The notes beneath the pieces are model-generated. The model searched no databases. It was not told the DNA's origin and was given only the letters and a program-made list of their open reading frames with translations. A DNA stretch of 64,000 nucleotides from Escherichia phage SP27. The position numbers and the translations under genes were made by a program. How positions within the stretch are numbered: position 1 is the first letter of the stretch; each line of letters starts with the position of its first letter. Location of the stretch: sequence record LC494302.1, one strand, 5' to 3'. This document shows, piece by piece, positions 1 through 10,349 of the stretch.

Positions 1-1
1 T

Positions 2-361
2 TGCATTACATTAAAAACACCTGTTAGTATTGTAATTAAAAAAAATAAAGATGATGAATTGACATTATCTATTGGTCGTGATAAAATCATTTTAAGTAAT
101 TTGTCTGAAGAAGAATTCTTTCAAAGAAGTACTATTATCGATATGAAAGATTTCACATATGAATCATTGGTTGAACTCAATACACGTTTTAACGATATTC
201 AGGAACGATTGCGACCAATTCTTCGTATCGAAGAAGAAGCCTGGATTGAAAGTATTAGGAAGATGCAAGAAATGTTGAAAGAAAATATTAACAATCTGGG
301 TAAAGCTACAATGGAATTTGGTAAAACTTTTAAACTGAACTTTTCAAAGGATCGTAAATGA
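2..361 (+). CDS. FQxST-motif family protein, 5' end cut by window edge
   Basis: Frame open from nt 2; motif SEEEFFQRSTII shared with paralogs; ATGA overlap with next gene. Confidence 0.6.
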   Translation, partial: CITLKTPVSIVIKKNKDDELTLSIGRDKIILSNLSEEEFFQRSTIIDMKDFTYESLVELNTRFNDIQERLRPILRIEEEAWIESIRKMQEMLKENINNLGKATMEFGKTFKLNFSKDRK

Positions 362-813
362 AAATTGATAATTTGATTCATGTTTTAGGATCTTTACATA
401 AAATATTATCACATCTACATGAGATAAAGAAACTGGGATTTAACATCTCAAATTCAATTGAAACTACATTTAAATATCAATCAATTACTGGTGATGGTTA
501 TTACATAATCGAATATACTTATGAAACCGATCCAGACTTCTATCCTCTTACGTTGAGAATTTATCCAACAAATCCGAGAGGAATTCACGACATATCATCA
601 ATTTCACTTGATCCAGATGGTGAAACGAGTATTGAATACAATAATGATTCAAAACCAGAATTTTACATTGATGATATTAAAATGATGTTCAACGATGAAT
701 ATGTTTTCCAACAAAGTACTGTGCATGATGTTGGAAGTACTAATGGACAATTTTGGAATACATGTTATTATCATATGATTGAAATTTGTAAATTATTAAA
801 AGGCGATGATTAA
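358..813 (+). CDS. FQxST-motif family protein
   Basis: 151-aa ORF, ATGA coupling; C-terminal NDEYVFQQSTVHD motif. Confidence 0.7.
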   Translation: MKIDNLIHVLGSLHKILSHLHEIKKLGFNISNSIETTFKYQSITGDGYYIIEYTYETDPDFYPLTLRIYPTNPRGIHDISSISLDPDGETSIEYNNDSKPEFYIDDIKMMFNDEYVFQQSTVHDVGSTNGQFWNTCYYHMIEICKLLKGDD

Positions 814-1196
814 TGAAATACAGCATTGAAGTACATTACACTACAGGGGACACTGAAACTGAAGATTCAGTTACCAATACATTGGATGTTCAATGGGAAT
901 CAAAGGATGAGGCAGTTGTAGCATTACAGTCTTTGAAAGAGCATTGGGTATTCTTTAAGAAACTCGATGATGCATATAGTAACGAACGTGCGACAATAAT
1001 CGATGAAGCCAAACATAAAGAATGGTTTGATCCAATGTCATGTGAATTCTCTTTCTTTGTAAAAATTGGAGATGAAAAAATTCCAGTACGTACACCGTGG
1101 AACGGCTACTTTGAAACTCTTCATAATGCACGAGTTGTCGCTGTTGATAATCCTGAACAAATCGATTTCGATTCATTGGACTGGAAAAAACTATGA
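813..1196 (+). CDS. hypothetical protein
   Basis: 127-aa ORF, TAATG coupling to upstream gene. Confidence 0.65.
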   Translation: MKYSIEVHYTTGDTETEDSVTNTLDVQWESKDEAVVALQSLKEHWVFFKKLDDAYSNERATIIDEAKHKEWFDPMSCEFSFFVKIGDEKIPVRTPWNGYFETLHNARVVAVDNPEQIDFDSLDWKKL

Positions 1197-1636
1197 CAGT
1201 ACTGCACCAATTGAAGAAGGTTAAGCATCCAGTTGTATATGAGGACTGGAAACGTCAGAAGCTGATGGGTGATTTTTATTTCCCAAAATCTAAAGTACTA
1301 GCAACGTCAAAAGCTATATACTTGAAATATAAGGATGAAGATTGTTTGTGTATTCAAATGGGATTCCATCCTAAAGTTGGTTTGTTTACAACAAATCAAA
1401 CATTTTATAAATTTAGAATTCAAAAAGATACATTTAGTATTCATATCGAAAAGCATGATGTACAAGATACAATTTATCGTGTGGAAAGTGAGCCTTTGAA
1501 TCTTGTTGAGATTCCGTACAATAATTTAGAAGAAATGTACTTTCAGCAGTTGACAATACAAGAAGACTTTGGTATGATAGGACTTCAAGAGTTAGAGATG
1601 ATTAAACAAATTCGTGATATCTACTTTAAGGAGTAA
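1193..1636 (+). CDS. FQxST-motif family protein
   Basis: 147-aa ORF, ATGA coupling; motif LEEMYFQQLTIQED. Confidence 0.7.
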   Translation: MTVLHQLKKVKHPVVYEDWKRQKLMGDFYFPKSKVLATSKAIYLKYKDEDCLCIQMGFHPKVGLFTTNQTFYKFRIQKDTFSIHIEKHDVQDTIYRVESEPLNLVEIPYNNLEEMYFQQLTIQEDFGMIGLQELEMIKQIRDIYFKE

Positions 1637-1638
1637 CT

Positions 1639-1782
1639 ATGCCAGTACGTAACAGTACTTCACGCTTTACGCTTCAACAGAAAGCAGATCTTTTGAATAT
1701 GGCAAACAAAGATTCTAATTTTCACTATCTAGTACTCGGTGGTTCAGTTGAAAAGATTGACCTACGTGAGTGTATGAAATAA
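1639..1782 (+). CDS. small hypothetical protein (47 aa)
   Basis: ATG 5 nt after AAGGAG; fills gap not covered by the 60-aa ORF track. Confidence 0.5.
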   Translation: MPVRNSTSRFTLQQKADLLNMANKDSNFHYLVLGGSVEKIDLRECMK

Positions 1783-1796
1783 CAAAAGGGGCTAAA

Positions 1797-1967
1797 ATGA
1801 GTTTACGTGAATCATGGGAACAATTTAAAGAAGAGATTGGTTATCGTGGTGTTAAGATTGAACCAATCAATCGTACTGAAAGCATCAAAGCTAGTACTAA
1901 TGGTACTACCTATGATCGTTATGATGAAAAGTATGGTTTACATTCTAAACCAAAGGATACTGAGTAA
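1797..1967 (+). CDS. small hypothetical protein (56 aa)
   Basis: Internal ATG of tracked ORF 1770..1967, preceded by AAGGGG. Confidence 0.5.
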   Translation: MSLRESWEQFKEEIGYRGVKIEPINRTESIKASTNGTTYDRYDEKYGLHSKPKDTE

Positions 1968-2110
1968 TGGTGTATACTAATATTTTTACTGGTATTATGC
2001 GTAAATTTATTAATGGTACTGGATACGTATCTAATGACAACGGTAGTACATGGGTAAAAAATAATACGTCTGAATCTTTAGTAAAAAGTCTTCCGTATTA
2101 TAAAGCTTGA
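1967..2110 (+). CDS. small hypothetical protein (47 aa)
   Basis: TAATG coupling; own translation MVYTNIFTGIMRKF...; below track threshold. Confidence 0.45.
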   Translation: MVYTNIFTGIMRKFINGTGYVSNDNGSTWVKNNTSESLVKSLPYYKA

Positions 2111-2135
2111 CACATGAAAATGGAGTATGTATAAT
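2107..2135 (+). promoter_or_regulatory. sigma70-like early promoter
   Basis: TTGACA-17 nt-TATAAT, 33 nt upstream of gene 2168. Confidence 0.6.
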
Positions 2136-2167
2136 ACTCCTATATTAATTAAACGAGGATATACGAA

Positions 2168-2740
2168 ATGGCTGGTGTTGATAAAATTTGTGAATTCAGT
2201 TCAGATTATGAAGGTTACGAAATGTACAAGTCCAAGCGTAATCACATCCAAGTACTGTCAAAGTACCGTAAAGAATTCAGAGGCCACAAAGCAACATTGT
2301 ATGTTTTTGAGAATGGATATTCTGAAGTTTTCACAAGTGGTGGGTACAGTACAGCTAACATGGCACATATCAACCCAAACCCAACTGAAGATGATTGGAA
2401 TAGTGGTAACGCTTTTCGTATTTCAATTTTGAATAAAATGAATCGTTACGACCGTTATTGTACATTCTTTGAAAATATTTCAGAATACAAGCAAGCATTA
2501 AAGAAATATAATCAACGCTTACTAATGAATTATGATTACATTCTTCATGTGCCAACTGTTCCAGGTCAGGTTAATGGTCTGTATACGAATAGTACACATG
2601 ATTTAACTGCGGTGAAGCGTCGCCTCAAACGTATGTTGGGTTGTCGTAATTTAACAATCAAGGTTGTGCGTAATGAATCAATGTATAACTTTTTAGATGT
2701 ACTACACTACACATTGAAGGATAATAATGGAAACGATTAA
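2168..2740 (+). CDS. hypothetical protein
   Basis: 190-aa ORF, GAGGA SD; overlapping ORF 2127..2432 judged spurious. Confidence 0.7.
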   Translation: MAGVDKICEFSSDYEGYEMYKSKRNHIQVLSKYRKEFRGHKATLYVFENGYSEVFTSGGYSTANMAHINPNPTEDDWNSGNAFRISILNKMNRYDRYCTFFENISEYKQALKKYNQRLLMNYDYILHVPTVPGQVNGLYTNSTHDLTAVKRRLKRMLGCRNLTIKVVRNESMYNFLDVLHYTLKDNNGND

Positions 2741-2924
2741 GTTTATGTTTGAGGTGTTTGTTGCATTCATCTTATGTGCTGTGTCTATTACTATTGCTTT
2801 AATCCCAGTAATCGTTTACCAAGTTAATGGTGGGACAGATCCAACAATTGATATTTTACTTCGTTGTTTCGGGTTTTTTATATGGTTGGCGATGTTTATG
2901 TACTACATGCATCTTGAGGATTGA
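2727..2924 (+). CDS. small membrane protein
   Basis: 65 aa with two hydrophobic helices. Confidence 0.6.
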   Translation: METIKFMFEVFVAFILCAVSITIALIPVIVYQVNGGTDPTIDILLRCFGFFIWLAMFMYYMHLED

Positions 2925-3757
2925 TTATGTCATTAGAAAAAATAATCATTTCTGAATTCCGAAAGTATATCATGGATTGTGATAGAGATGTACAGCGTAA
3001 GTTCAATGAGTACCTTGACAAATATCCGTATTTGATGTTTAATCCGTTTGAAACTGATGATGATTTATATCTTGGTTTTTACATAGGATTTACTCAACGA
3101 ATTCTTCATAAAGATGAAATGAAACAATCTGAGATTTGGGTAGAAACTGACTCATCCGAGTCTAATGTTTTTTATCTTTATACATATTATGCCGAAATTG
3201 TTAGAGATACGACACCTGATGGTTGTCTATTTGTACAATCTTCTGATATTGAAAGAATATATATCGAACCTGTATCTTTAGATATGGTTGCACAGCTTCC
3301 AACTATCCAACAGTTAGGTGCAGACGAATTAACTTATTCTGTATTTGAATATCTAGGTAGAGATGATTTGACTCAAGAAATTGATAAAATGGTTTCTAAA
3401 TATACTTCATCACTTATTTCGAATGGTAAACTTAAATTAGAACTAATTTTTGAAGATACTAGTATTAATCCAGTAAGAGGGGTTACAATTGGAAAAGTTA
3501 CCATACGTGTTGTTTACGATAATGAAGTACTAGGATATATTTCAAAACGTGGACATGATTTATGTATAATTAGTACATTCGTTATTTCTCGTAAAAAATG
3601 GAATGATTTAATGCAAAAAATCGTGGACGGCAGTAAAATTCGTGATATAATATGTAATGACATGGTAATTATGAATCCTGATGTTGACTGTGATGTATAT
3701 TTTCCAGTTCCTGGATTTACACGAGAAAACTTTAGTAAATTGAAGGATACGAAATGA
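2921..3757 (+). CDS. hypothetical protein
   Basis: 278-aa ORF, ATGA-type overlap. Confidence 0.7.
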   Translation: MIMSLEKIIISEFRKYIMDCDRDVQRKFNEYLDKYPYLMFNPFETDDDLYLGFYIGFTQRILHKDEMKQSEIWVETDSSESNVFYLYTYYAEIVRDTTPDGCLFVQSSDIERIYIEPVSLDMVAQLPTIQQLGADELTYSVFEYLGRDDLTQEIDKMVSKYTSSLISNGKLKLELIFEDTSINPVRGVTIGKVTIRVVYDNEVLGYISKRGHDLCIISTFVISRKKWNDLMQKIVDGSKIRDIICNDMVIMNPDVDCDVYFPVPGFTRENFSKLKDTK

Positions 3758-4044
3758 AAATTTTAGAAGTCTTGCTAGAAAAAGATGCATCTGGTACTCT
3801 TTATGTTGGTAATGAGTTCAGTCCAGATCCAATTGATATGTTACAGAGAATCCAAACACTGACTCAAAACATCTCGGTTAAAAAACCGTTTCAGAAAGAA
3901 TTGGAAATCTTTTGTGATAAAGATATTGAACAGCATGATAATGTGATTTCAGATATTAAAAGTCTATTGACAAAAAATGGTTATGTAGAGTATAATCCTC
4001 CTATCGTAATCGTTATTCCAGACTTCATGAAAGGAACAATCTAA
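3754..4044 (+). CDS. hypothetical protein
   Basis: 96-aa ORF, ATGA coupling. Confidence 0.65.
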   Translation: MKILEVLLEKDASGTLYVGNEFSPDPIDMLQRIQTLTQNISVKKPFQKELEIFCDKDIEQHDNVISDIKSLLTKNGYVEYNPPIVIVIPDFMKGTI

Positions 4045-4313
4045 TGACTAAAGACGAAATGAAATCTCACTTAAGCGAACTGAAGAAAGAACGTAAACTA
4101 GTACGTTTAGACTGGGATATCCTTAACAGGAAAGATGAGCAATCATATGCTAACTGGAGTTCTGATAAAGTACGAAATGACCGTTCTAAAGAAGATGCAA
4201 AGCAATTCATGGCATTATCGAAGCGACTATCATCTTTGAACAGTGAAATTACTGGCCTTCAGAAAGAGATCATTTCCATTCTTAAAGCGGAGATTGAATC
4301 ACTCTATGAATAA
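4044..4313 (+). CDS. hypothetical protein (charged, coiled-coil-like)
   Basis: 89-aa ORF, TAATG coupling, K/E-rich. Confidence 0.65.
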   Translation: MTKDEMKSHLSELKKERKLVRLDWDILNRKDEQSYANWSSDKVRNDRSKEDAKQFMALSKRLSSLNSEITGLQKEIISILKAEIESLYE

Positions 4314-4602
4314 ACATGAAGTAATTCATTTTGATGATAAGATCTATATTCCAAATATTGATAGTACTGAAACATATTACCTAATCAATAAGATTATGGC
4401 TGAAACAAATACGTGTTGTCGTCAACAGCCAGGAAAATATGAGTTCAGTCAGACTATTGGTTATTACCGATATGATATGTTAGAATCATTTACAATTGAT
4501 AAGTCTAAAGTTATTGACATTCTTGTACAGAATGGATATAATGAAGAACGTGTAAATAATACAGATTTACCAGTTTCAAAAATTGTTCTTTCTAATAATT
4601 AA
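4306..4602 (+). CDS. hypothetical protein
   Basis: Tracked ORF 4243..4602 trimmed to ATG 4306 (MNKHEV...) to limit overlap with upstream gene. Confidence 0.55.
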   Translation: MNKHEVIHFDDKIYIPNIDSTETYYLINKIMAETNTCCRQQPGKYEFSQTIGYYRYDMLESFTIDKSKVIDILVQNGYNEERVNNTDLPVSKIVLSNN

Positions 4603-4605
4603 ACA

Positions 4606-4634
4606 TTGGACAAGAACAGATATTGTGATATAAT
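4606..4634 (+). promoter_or_regulatory. sigma70-like promoter with extended -10
   Basis: TTGGAC-17 nt-TATAAT with TGA just upstream of the -10. Confidence 0.55.
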
Positions 4635-4717
4635 GTTTGTTATCGGCAGATATTAAAATGCAAACCATTCCTCAATGATGAGGGTTTTTCATAAAAAAGA
4701 AATAAAAGGGTATTAAA

Positions 4718-4927
4718 ATGGCTAAAGAAACTAACGCACAAGTACTAGATATCACCGACTTCGACCGCACTGTGAACTACATTCAATTCCAGATTCATCA
4801 AGCAGAAGAAGCTCTAGCAGTATTCCACGGTACTGGTGCAAGGCCAATCCGTTTTGCTCACTTGATTGCATGGAAGAAAAGTCTTCAAGAAGAACTATCT
4901 GAACTGCGTAAAGCAAATCGTAAGTAA
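4718..4927 (+). CDS. hypothetical protein
   Basis: 69-aa ORF between promoter 4606 and terminator 4939. Confidence 0.65.
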   Translation: MAKETNAQVLDITDFDRTVNYIQFQIHQAEEALAVFHGTGARPIRFAHLIAWKKSLQEELSELRKANRK

Positions 4928-4938
4928 TTTATCTTACC

Positions 4939-4966
4939 GCCTCATCATTTTTGATGGGGCATTTTA
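4939..4966 (+). terminator. intrinsic terminator
   Basis: 9-bp stem GCCTCATCA/TGATGGGGC (one G-U), TTTT loop, then ATTTTA. Confidence 0.6.
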
Positions 4967-4992
4967 ATCATATAAAGTAAGAGGATTTATAA

Positions 4993-5499
4993 ATGAGTGT
5001 TGAATATTGGTTTTTGTTTGTGTGTATTGGTACACTTGCATTAATCACCATTGGATTGATTTTCAATACCATGATTAGTGGAAGTAAGTACTTTAAGACA
5101 TTCCAACTTTTAATGTCTGCTATGCCATATAGTGCTGATGCCGAAAAAACAATTTCTCTAATTTTAGATAAGTTCGATGCAAATCTTTTGGTGGCTAAAA
5201 TTTCAGCATGTGATACAAATATTTCATTCTACTCGGTAGACACGGATCTAGATGGAATTGATACACAATACTCAAATCCAGTAGTTGCTGAAATTTTCAT
5301 TGGTTCAAAATATTATGCCTATGGATATGTAAGAAAATATTATTCAGAAGCAAAAGCTGAGTTGACGAAGAAGCGACCATCAATAAAAACTTTAAAACGC
5401 ATCATTGCGTTGGAAAAATCACTTCGTGGTCAAACAAGCGTTAATGAGCCACCATCAGTGATTAAATCCAAAAAAAGTAATGTTGTGGAGTTGGAGTAA
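4993..5499 (+). CDS. membrane-anchored hypothetical protein
   Basis: 168 aa, N-terminal TM helix, GAGGA SD. Confidence 0.65.
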   Translation: MSVEYWFLFVCIGTLALITIGLIFNTMISGSKYFKTFQLLMSAMPYSADAEKTISLILDKFDANLLVAKISACDTNISFYSVDTDLDGIDTQYSNPVVAEIFIGSKYYAYGYVRKYYSEAKAELTKKRPSIKTLKRIIALEKSLRGQTSVNEPPSVIKSKKSNVVELE

Positions 5500-5789
5500 T
5501 GGAACCAGAAAAATCAAGAAAAATTCTTATTGATGTCCAAACTAAATTACTAGATATTATGGAAATCATCAATGAGTTACCACAGGGTTATCAGTACAAA
5601 GTTCGTGAAATGTTATCTTGTGCCGAAACCGTTGTTTCTATGTACGATGATATTCAACATGGTATTATCCCTGATATTCTCAAAGATGACGTAAATATTA
5701 ACACTGAGGTAAAAGAAACTAAATTAGAATCAGAAACAGTATCTAATAAAAAAGTTCTAGACCTTAGTGGTATAAAAATTAATATCTAA
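5499..5789 (+). CDS. hypothetical protein
   Basis: 96-aa ORF, TAATG coupling. Confidence 0.6.
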   Translation: MEPEKSRKILIDVQTKLLDIMEIINELPQGYQYKVREMLSCAETVVSMYDDIQHGIIPDILKDDVNINTEVKETKLESETVSNKKVLDLSGIKINI

Positions 5790-5811
5790 AAAACATCCAA
5801 TAGGAGAAGTA

Positions 5812-5961
5812 ATGAGTAATCAAAAAATCGACTTAGTAGTAAAACTTCAAGAGATTCAAGCACTAGCTAAAGACCTTGATAACACACGTGCATCAGTAGT
5901 TGATTCACTATGTGCAACAATCCTGACTGTTTTTACAGATTACGAAAAGAAATCTGATTAA
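5812..5961 (+). CDS. small hypothetical protein (49 aa)
   Basis: AGGAGA SD, ATG 5812; own translation MSNQKIDLVVKLQE... Confidence 0.5.
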   Translation: MSNQKIDLVVKLQEIQALAKDLDNTRASVVDSLCATILTVFTDYEKKSD

Positions 5962-5975
5962 ACGTTACTTTGTAA

Positions 5976-6004
5976 ATACCCAGTACTTGACTGGGTATTT
6001 TTTT
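5976..6004 (+). terminator. intrinsic terminator
   Basis: ATACCCAGT/ACTGGGTAT 9-bp stem, then T7; loop region contains GTACTTGAC. Confidence 0.65.
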
Positions 6005-6015
6005 AAGGAAATAAA

Positions 6016-6408
6016 ATGACTGAATCAGAACTACACGAAATGATAGATTTCATTTATGAAATGGTACAAGATAAAAATAACATCAATACAATTGCATCAG
6101 GCCCAAGACAAATTGGTAACCAAATAACATATTCTTTGTCCTTATGGTTACACCCGTGCATTAAGGTTGATTGTTTGTATTTCCGTCCTGATATTGATGC
6201 TTATTATTTTGTCAATCATGATGCATTAATGAAACCACATAATCGTCCAGTTGATGATACCTTTGTGACACACCCATTTTACCTGGCTGATTCCGAAGAA
6301 GATGAGTTTCAAAAGAACACAACGTTAAGCCCAGGTGAAATTTGCATCCCTTACGTACTTAAAGATAAAATGAATCACATCACAGAAGTTATGAAAACAT
6401 GCTGGTAG
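6016..6408 (+). CDS. FQxST-family protein (divergent)
   Basis: 130 aa; motif DSEEDEFQKNTTLS about 35 aa from C-terminus. Confidence 0.65.
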   Translation: MTESELHEMIDFIYEMVQDKNNINTIASGPRQIGNQITYSLSLWLHPCIKVDCLYFRPDIDAYYFVNHDALMKPHNRPVDDTFVTHPFYLADSEEDEFQKNTTLSPGEICIPYVLKDKMNHITEVMKTCW

Positions 6409-6456
6409 ATGCAATGAAACTCTGATATAATACAAATAATGATAATAAGAGGATAT

Positions 6457-6675
6457 ATGAAATTTATTGATTTTGATATTTCTAAGGCCAAAGAATTATT
6501 TGTAAGAAATGAAGTTTATGATATCATGTTACATAACGGCACTGTACAAGAAGATGTTGTGTTGTTTTCGTTTGATGGTGAAAATCTCGAAACTATATAT
6601 AAATTCAGCAACTTAGATGGTGACTTTTGGGAAACCAGTGCTGTTAAAATGTATAGAATTAAAAAGGAGCATTAA
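6457..6675 (+). CDS. hypothetical protein
   Basis: Tracked ORF trimmed to ATG 6457 behind AAGAGGA; extended -10 TGATATAAT at 6423-6431. Confidence 0.55.
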   Translation: MKFIDFDISKAKELFVRNEVYDIMLHNGTVQEDVVLFSFDGENLETIYKFSNLDGDFWETSAVKMYRIKKEH

Positions 6676-6676
6676 C

Positions 6677-7165
6677 ATGCCAATTCGTGGTGTACCAGAA
6701 CCATTAATGGAAGTTATTAAGCATGTTCGCATTGGAGATCGAGAAGTTAATCTTCGCCGTAATAACATTTATTACTTTAAAACTTCAGAAATGAGTTCTG
6801 TACAGATTGTCATTGGTACATCTATTAAGATTACTCGTGTACTTGATGGTAGTACTGATTTCGTTGAATATAATGTACTTACTAACAAAGTAATACACAC
6901 ATATAAATGGAGTGGGTATAAAACTATTAAGTATGAGTTTGATGTTGCTAGAACTGAAGAAGAACGATTTATGTTAAGTACTATCAATCCAGCAAACTAC
7001 CCTGACCTTGATACATTTTTGCTAATTTTAAAACTGTATAATGAAGCAAATGGGAAAGCGAAGGAGTATGATAGAATTATGTATGAACGCAAAAAAGAAC
7101 GTGCTCAGAAAAGTTATGATCTTTATGATAACCCATATGTAAAATATAATAAGGGGAGAAAATGA
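6677..7165 (+). CDS. hypothetical protein
   Basis: Tracked ORF trimmed to ATG 6677 behind AAGGAG. Confidence 0.65.
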   Translation: MPIRGVPEPLMEVIKHVRIGDREVNLRRNNIYYFKTSEMSSVQIVIGTSIKITRVLDGSTDFVEYNVLTNKVIHTYKWSGYKTIKYEFDVARTEEERFMLSTINPANYPDLDTFLLILKLYNEANGKAKEYDRIMYERKKERAQKSYDLYDNPYVKYNKGRK

Positions 7166-7566
7166 ATAACGAAGTTCAAATTATCATAACTCCACCTATA
7201 CAAAGTCTTGATGTATCTATTAGTGATTTTTTAGAAAAATATTATGAATGGTTTAATAATGATAATACCATTTATAATCATTCATTACCAGATGGTTTCG
7301 TGGAGCTTATCGAATTAAATTCAAAATCACTATACTTCTGTGTTGAATACAATGATTATATGACAGATGAAGATTATCGCTTTCGTTGTACATTGTATCC
7401 GAATTATTTTTCAATAGGTTATAAAGATTACCAGTACTGTACCACTAACTATAGTGTTGAGGAAGAATTTCAGTACAATTTACTTTATCCTGATTTAGAT
7501 TATACGATTGCAGTACTGTTGACTAAAATCATGGATTTTTATAAAGATAAATATAATGCAGCCTAA
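7162..7566 (+). CDS. FQxST-family protein (divergent)
   Basis: 134 aa, ATGA coupling; motif SVEEEFQYNLLYPD. Confidence 0.65.
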   Translation: MNNEVQIIITPPIQSLDVSISDFLEKYYEWFNNDNTIYNHSLPDGFVELIELNSKSLYFCVEYNDYMTDEDYRFRCTLYPNYFSIGYKDYQYCTTNYSVEEEFQYNLLYPDLDYTIAVLLTKIMDFYKDKYNAA

Positions 7567-7741
7567 GACATTTGATGAGTGGTTTAATCTACACTATAAT
7601 ATAAATGCAGCAGATATATACTATTTTAAGCTTGAATTGTATATATCATTGCGTAACCCAATTGAGTACTATAACAACATTATCAATTGTGATGATTTTG
7701 GTACATATTTTAGTATAGCCGTTATGGATATTAAGAGATGA
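7556..7741 (+). CDS. hypothetical protein
   Basis: 61-aa ORF overlapping neighbours by a few nt. Confidence 0.5.
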   Translation: MQPKTFDEWFNLHYNINAADIYYFKLELYISLRNPIEYYNNIINCDDFGTYFSIAVMDIKR

Positions 7742-7917
7742 CACATGAAGAATGGATGGCAATGATGAAAAAACGTTATGACCAGTTTGGAAATGGATTT
7801 ATTGATGGTCATTTCGATATTTTACGAGACAAATATAAGTTCGAATCATATGTACTAGATGAGAATGGAAATCGTTGGTTCATCTATGAGCTTGCGGTTA
7901 GAGACAAAAAAATATAA
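7738..7917 (+). CDS. MTHEEW-family small protein (59 aa)
   Basis: Own translation MTHEEWMAMMKKRYDQFGNGF...WFIYELAVRDKKI; paralog of 7996, 8515, 9503, 9664. Confidence 0.6.
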   Translation: MTHEEWMAMMKKRYDQFGNGFIDGHFDILRDKYKFESYVLDENGNRWFIYELAVRDKKI

Positions 7918-7919
7918 TA

Positions 7920-7995
7920 ACCTTTTCCATTGTCCATTGCAATGCTTTCTTTACAGAAGAATAAATGAAACACTTAATTGAACTGGATACATAAA
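7920..7995 (+). pseudogene. remnant of a paralog of gene 8298..8513 (3' end only)
   Basis: Aligns to the last ~70 nt of 8298..8513 but has an in-frame TAA and no 5' part. Confidence 0.45.
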
Positions 7996-8172
7996 ATGAC
8001 ACATGAAGAATGGATAGAGTCACTAAAATATAAACATGATCATTTTGGATTTGGTATACGCCAAGGCCATTATGATGTTTTGAACGATAAAAAAACGTTC
8101 GAATCATTGGTTTTGGACGAAGATTCCAACCACTGGTTCATCTACGAGCTTGCTATTAGAGATAAAAAATAG
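7996..8172 (+). CDS. MTHEEW-family small protein
   Basis: Tracked ORF trimmed to MTHEEWIESL...; start context conserved with 8515. Confidence 0.65.
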   Translation: MTHEEWIESLKYKHDHFGFGIRQGHYDVLNDKKTFESLVLDEDSNHWFIYELAIRDKK

Positions 8173-8177
8173 TAAGA

Positions 8178-8513
<336 letters not shown>

Positions 8514-8514
8514 A

Positions 8515-8697
8515 ATGACACACGAAGAATGGATGTCCAAACAGCATAAAGAACATGACTGCTTTGGGAATGGCATTCGTCAGGTACATTATGATATATT
8601 AAGAGATGAAAATCTTTTCAGGTCATATGTTTTGGATACCAGAAAACCCTGGTTTATATGCGAACTGGCATTTAGAAAGTCAAATAATCAAAACTAA
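8515..8697 (+). CDS. MTHEEW-family small protein
   Basis: Tracked ORF trimmed to MTHEEWMSKQ... Confidence 0.65.
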   Translation: MTHEEWMSKQHKEHDCFGNGIRQVHYDILRDENLFRSYVLDTRKPWFICELAFRKSNNQN

Positions 8698-8713
8698 ACA
8701 AGGAATACAAAAA

Positions 8714-8932
8714 ATGGAAACAACTTTATTTGAAGTTATTCAATCATTAAAACCTGAAGATGAGGTTCAAGTACTACTACATGGTTATCGTGTAAAAGGT
8801 ACTGTGGTTTTAGTCAATGATACAACATTGGTTATTACAGAAACAAACCCATATGATAGTAATCAACTTGCCAATATCCATATCGATATCACTGGAATTA
8901 TTGGTGTCGGTGTATCTAAAACACTTGCATAA
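8714..8932 (+). CDS. hypothetical protein
   Basis: Tracked ORF 8606..8932 trimmed to ATG 8714 (METTLFEV) behind AAGGAA. Confidence 0.55.
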   Translation: METTLFEVIQSLKPEDEVQVLLHGYRVKGTVVLVNDTTLVITETNPYDSNQLANIHIDITGIIGVGVSKTLA

Positions 8933-8985
8933 ATCATTAATTCATTATATAATGATTATCACTGGTTCTAGATGAGGATAATATT

Positions 8986-9258
8986 ATGCATTTTGAAAAA
9001 TTCAACGTAAATCGTAACACACGCATTGAAGTTCTTTATGAAACTCAAGACACCATTAGTATTCGTACAAGTAGTGGGGATGTATATCATGACTGTACGA
9101 TTGGCTGGGAACAGGGAAGAACGCGTAGTGCAGTATTTGATAATTATCGCTTTTATCAAGGAGACACTACGATTTGGCCTGAATACGTAGAAGATATTGC
9201 GTTTGAAGATGAACATAAAGATGAATTTATCAAATTTAATCCTCAAACTGAATCATAA
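8986..9258 (+). CDS. hypothetical protein
   Basis: 90-aa ORF, GAGGA SD. Confidence 0.6.
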   Translation: MHFEKFNVNRNTRIEVLYETQDTISIRTSSGDVYHDCTIGWEQGRTRSAVFDNYRFYQGDTTIWPEYVEDIAFEDEHKDEFIKFNPQTES

Positions 9259-9262
9259 ATAA

Positions 9263-9391
<129 letters not shown>

Positions 9392-9395
9392 AAAT

Positions 9396-9497
<102 letters not shown>

Positions 9498-9502
9498 AAA
9501 CC

Positions 9503-9663
9503 ATGACGCATGAAGAATGGATGAATGACATTAATTTTAGATATGCAGGTTTCGGTAACTGGAGAAAGTATCATTGGGAAATCATGTCAGACCCAGCAGA
9601 ATACGATAAACTTATAAACCATGAAGCGTATCCGTGGTTCTTTATTGAAATAATGGTACGAAC

Positions 9664-9667
<4 letters not shown>
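9503..9667 (+). CDS. MTHEEW-family small protein (54 aa)
   Basis: Own translation MTHEEWMNDINFRYAGFGNW...PWFFIEIMVRT. Confidence 0.6.
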
Positions 9668-9829
<162 letters not shown>

Positions 9830-9837
9830 AAAAAAAG

Positions 9838-10247
<410 letters not shown>

Positions 10248-10251
<4 letters not shown>

Positions 10252-10275
10252 CTAAATAATTCAGTACTGAGGATA
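10248..10275 (+). promoter_or_regulatory. degenerate copy of the 9839/10318 promoter
   Basis: TTGACTAAATAATTCAGTACTG conserved, -10 replaced by GAGGATATT; followed by a 9-codon mini-ORF. Confidence 0.35.
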
Positions 10276-10308
10276 TTAATATGTTTAAAGATGAACGTCC
10301 AGATTTGT

Positions 10309-10346
<38 letters not shown>

Positions 10347-10349
10347 GAA

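Noticed and set aside
2127-2432. Tracked 101-aa plus ORF overlapping 2168..2740, and similar internal or antisense ORFs (955..1176, 18505..18759, 20092..20325, 26295..26495, 35853..36035, 41141..41554, and the short ORFs inside RCC1 genes)
   Set aside because: Each lies wholly within a longer, better-supported gene in another frame or strand, with no SD and atypical composition.
4658-4690. 6-codon leader peptide (MQTIPQ) overlapping hairpin CCTCA-ATGA-TGAGG plus T-run upstream of gene 4718, considered as an attenuator
   Set aside because: The stem is only 5 bp and I have no supporting conservation. It is too weak to call.
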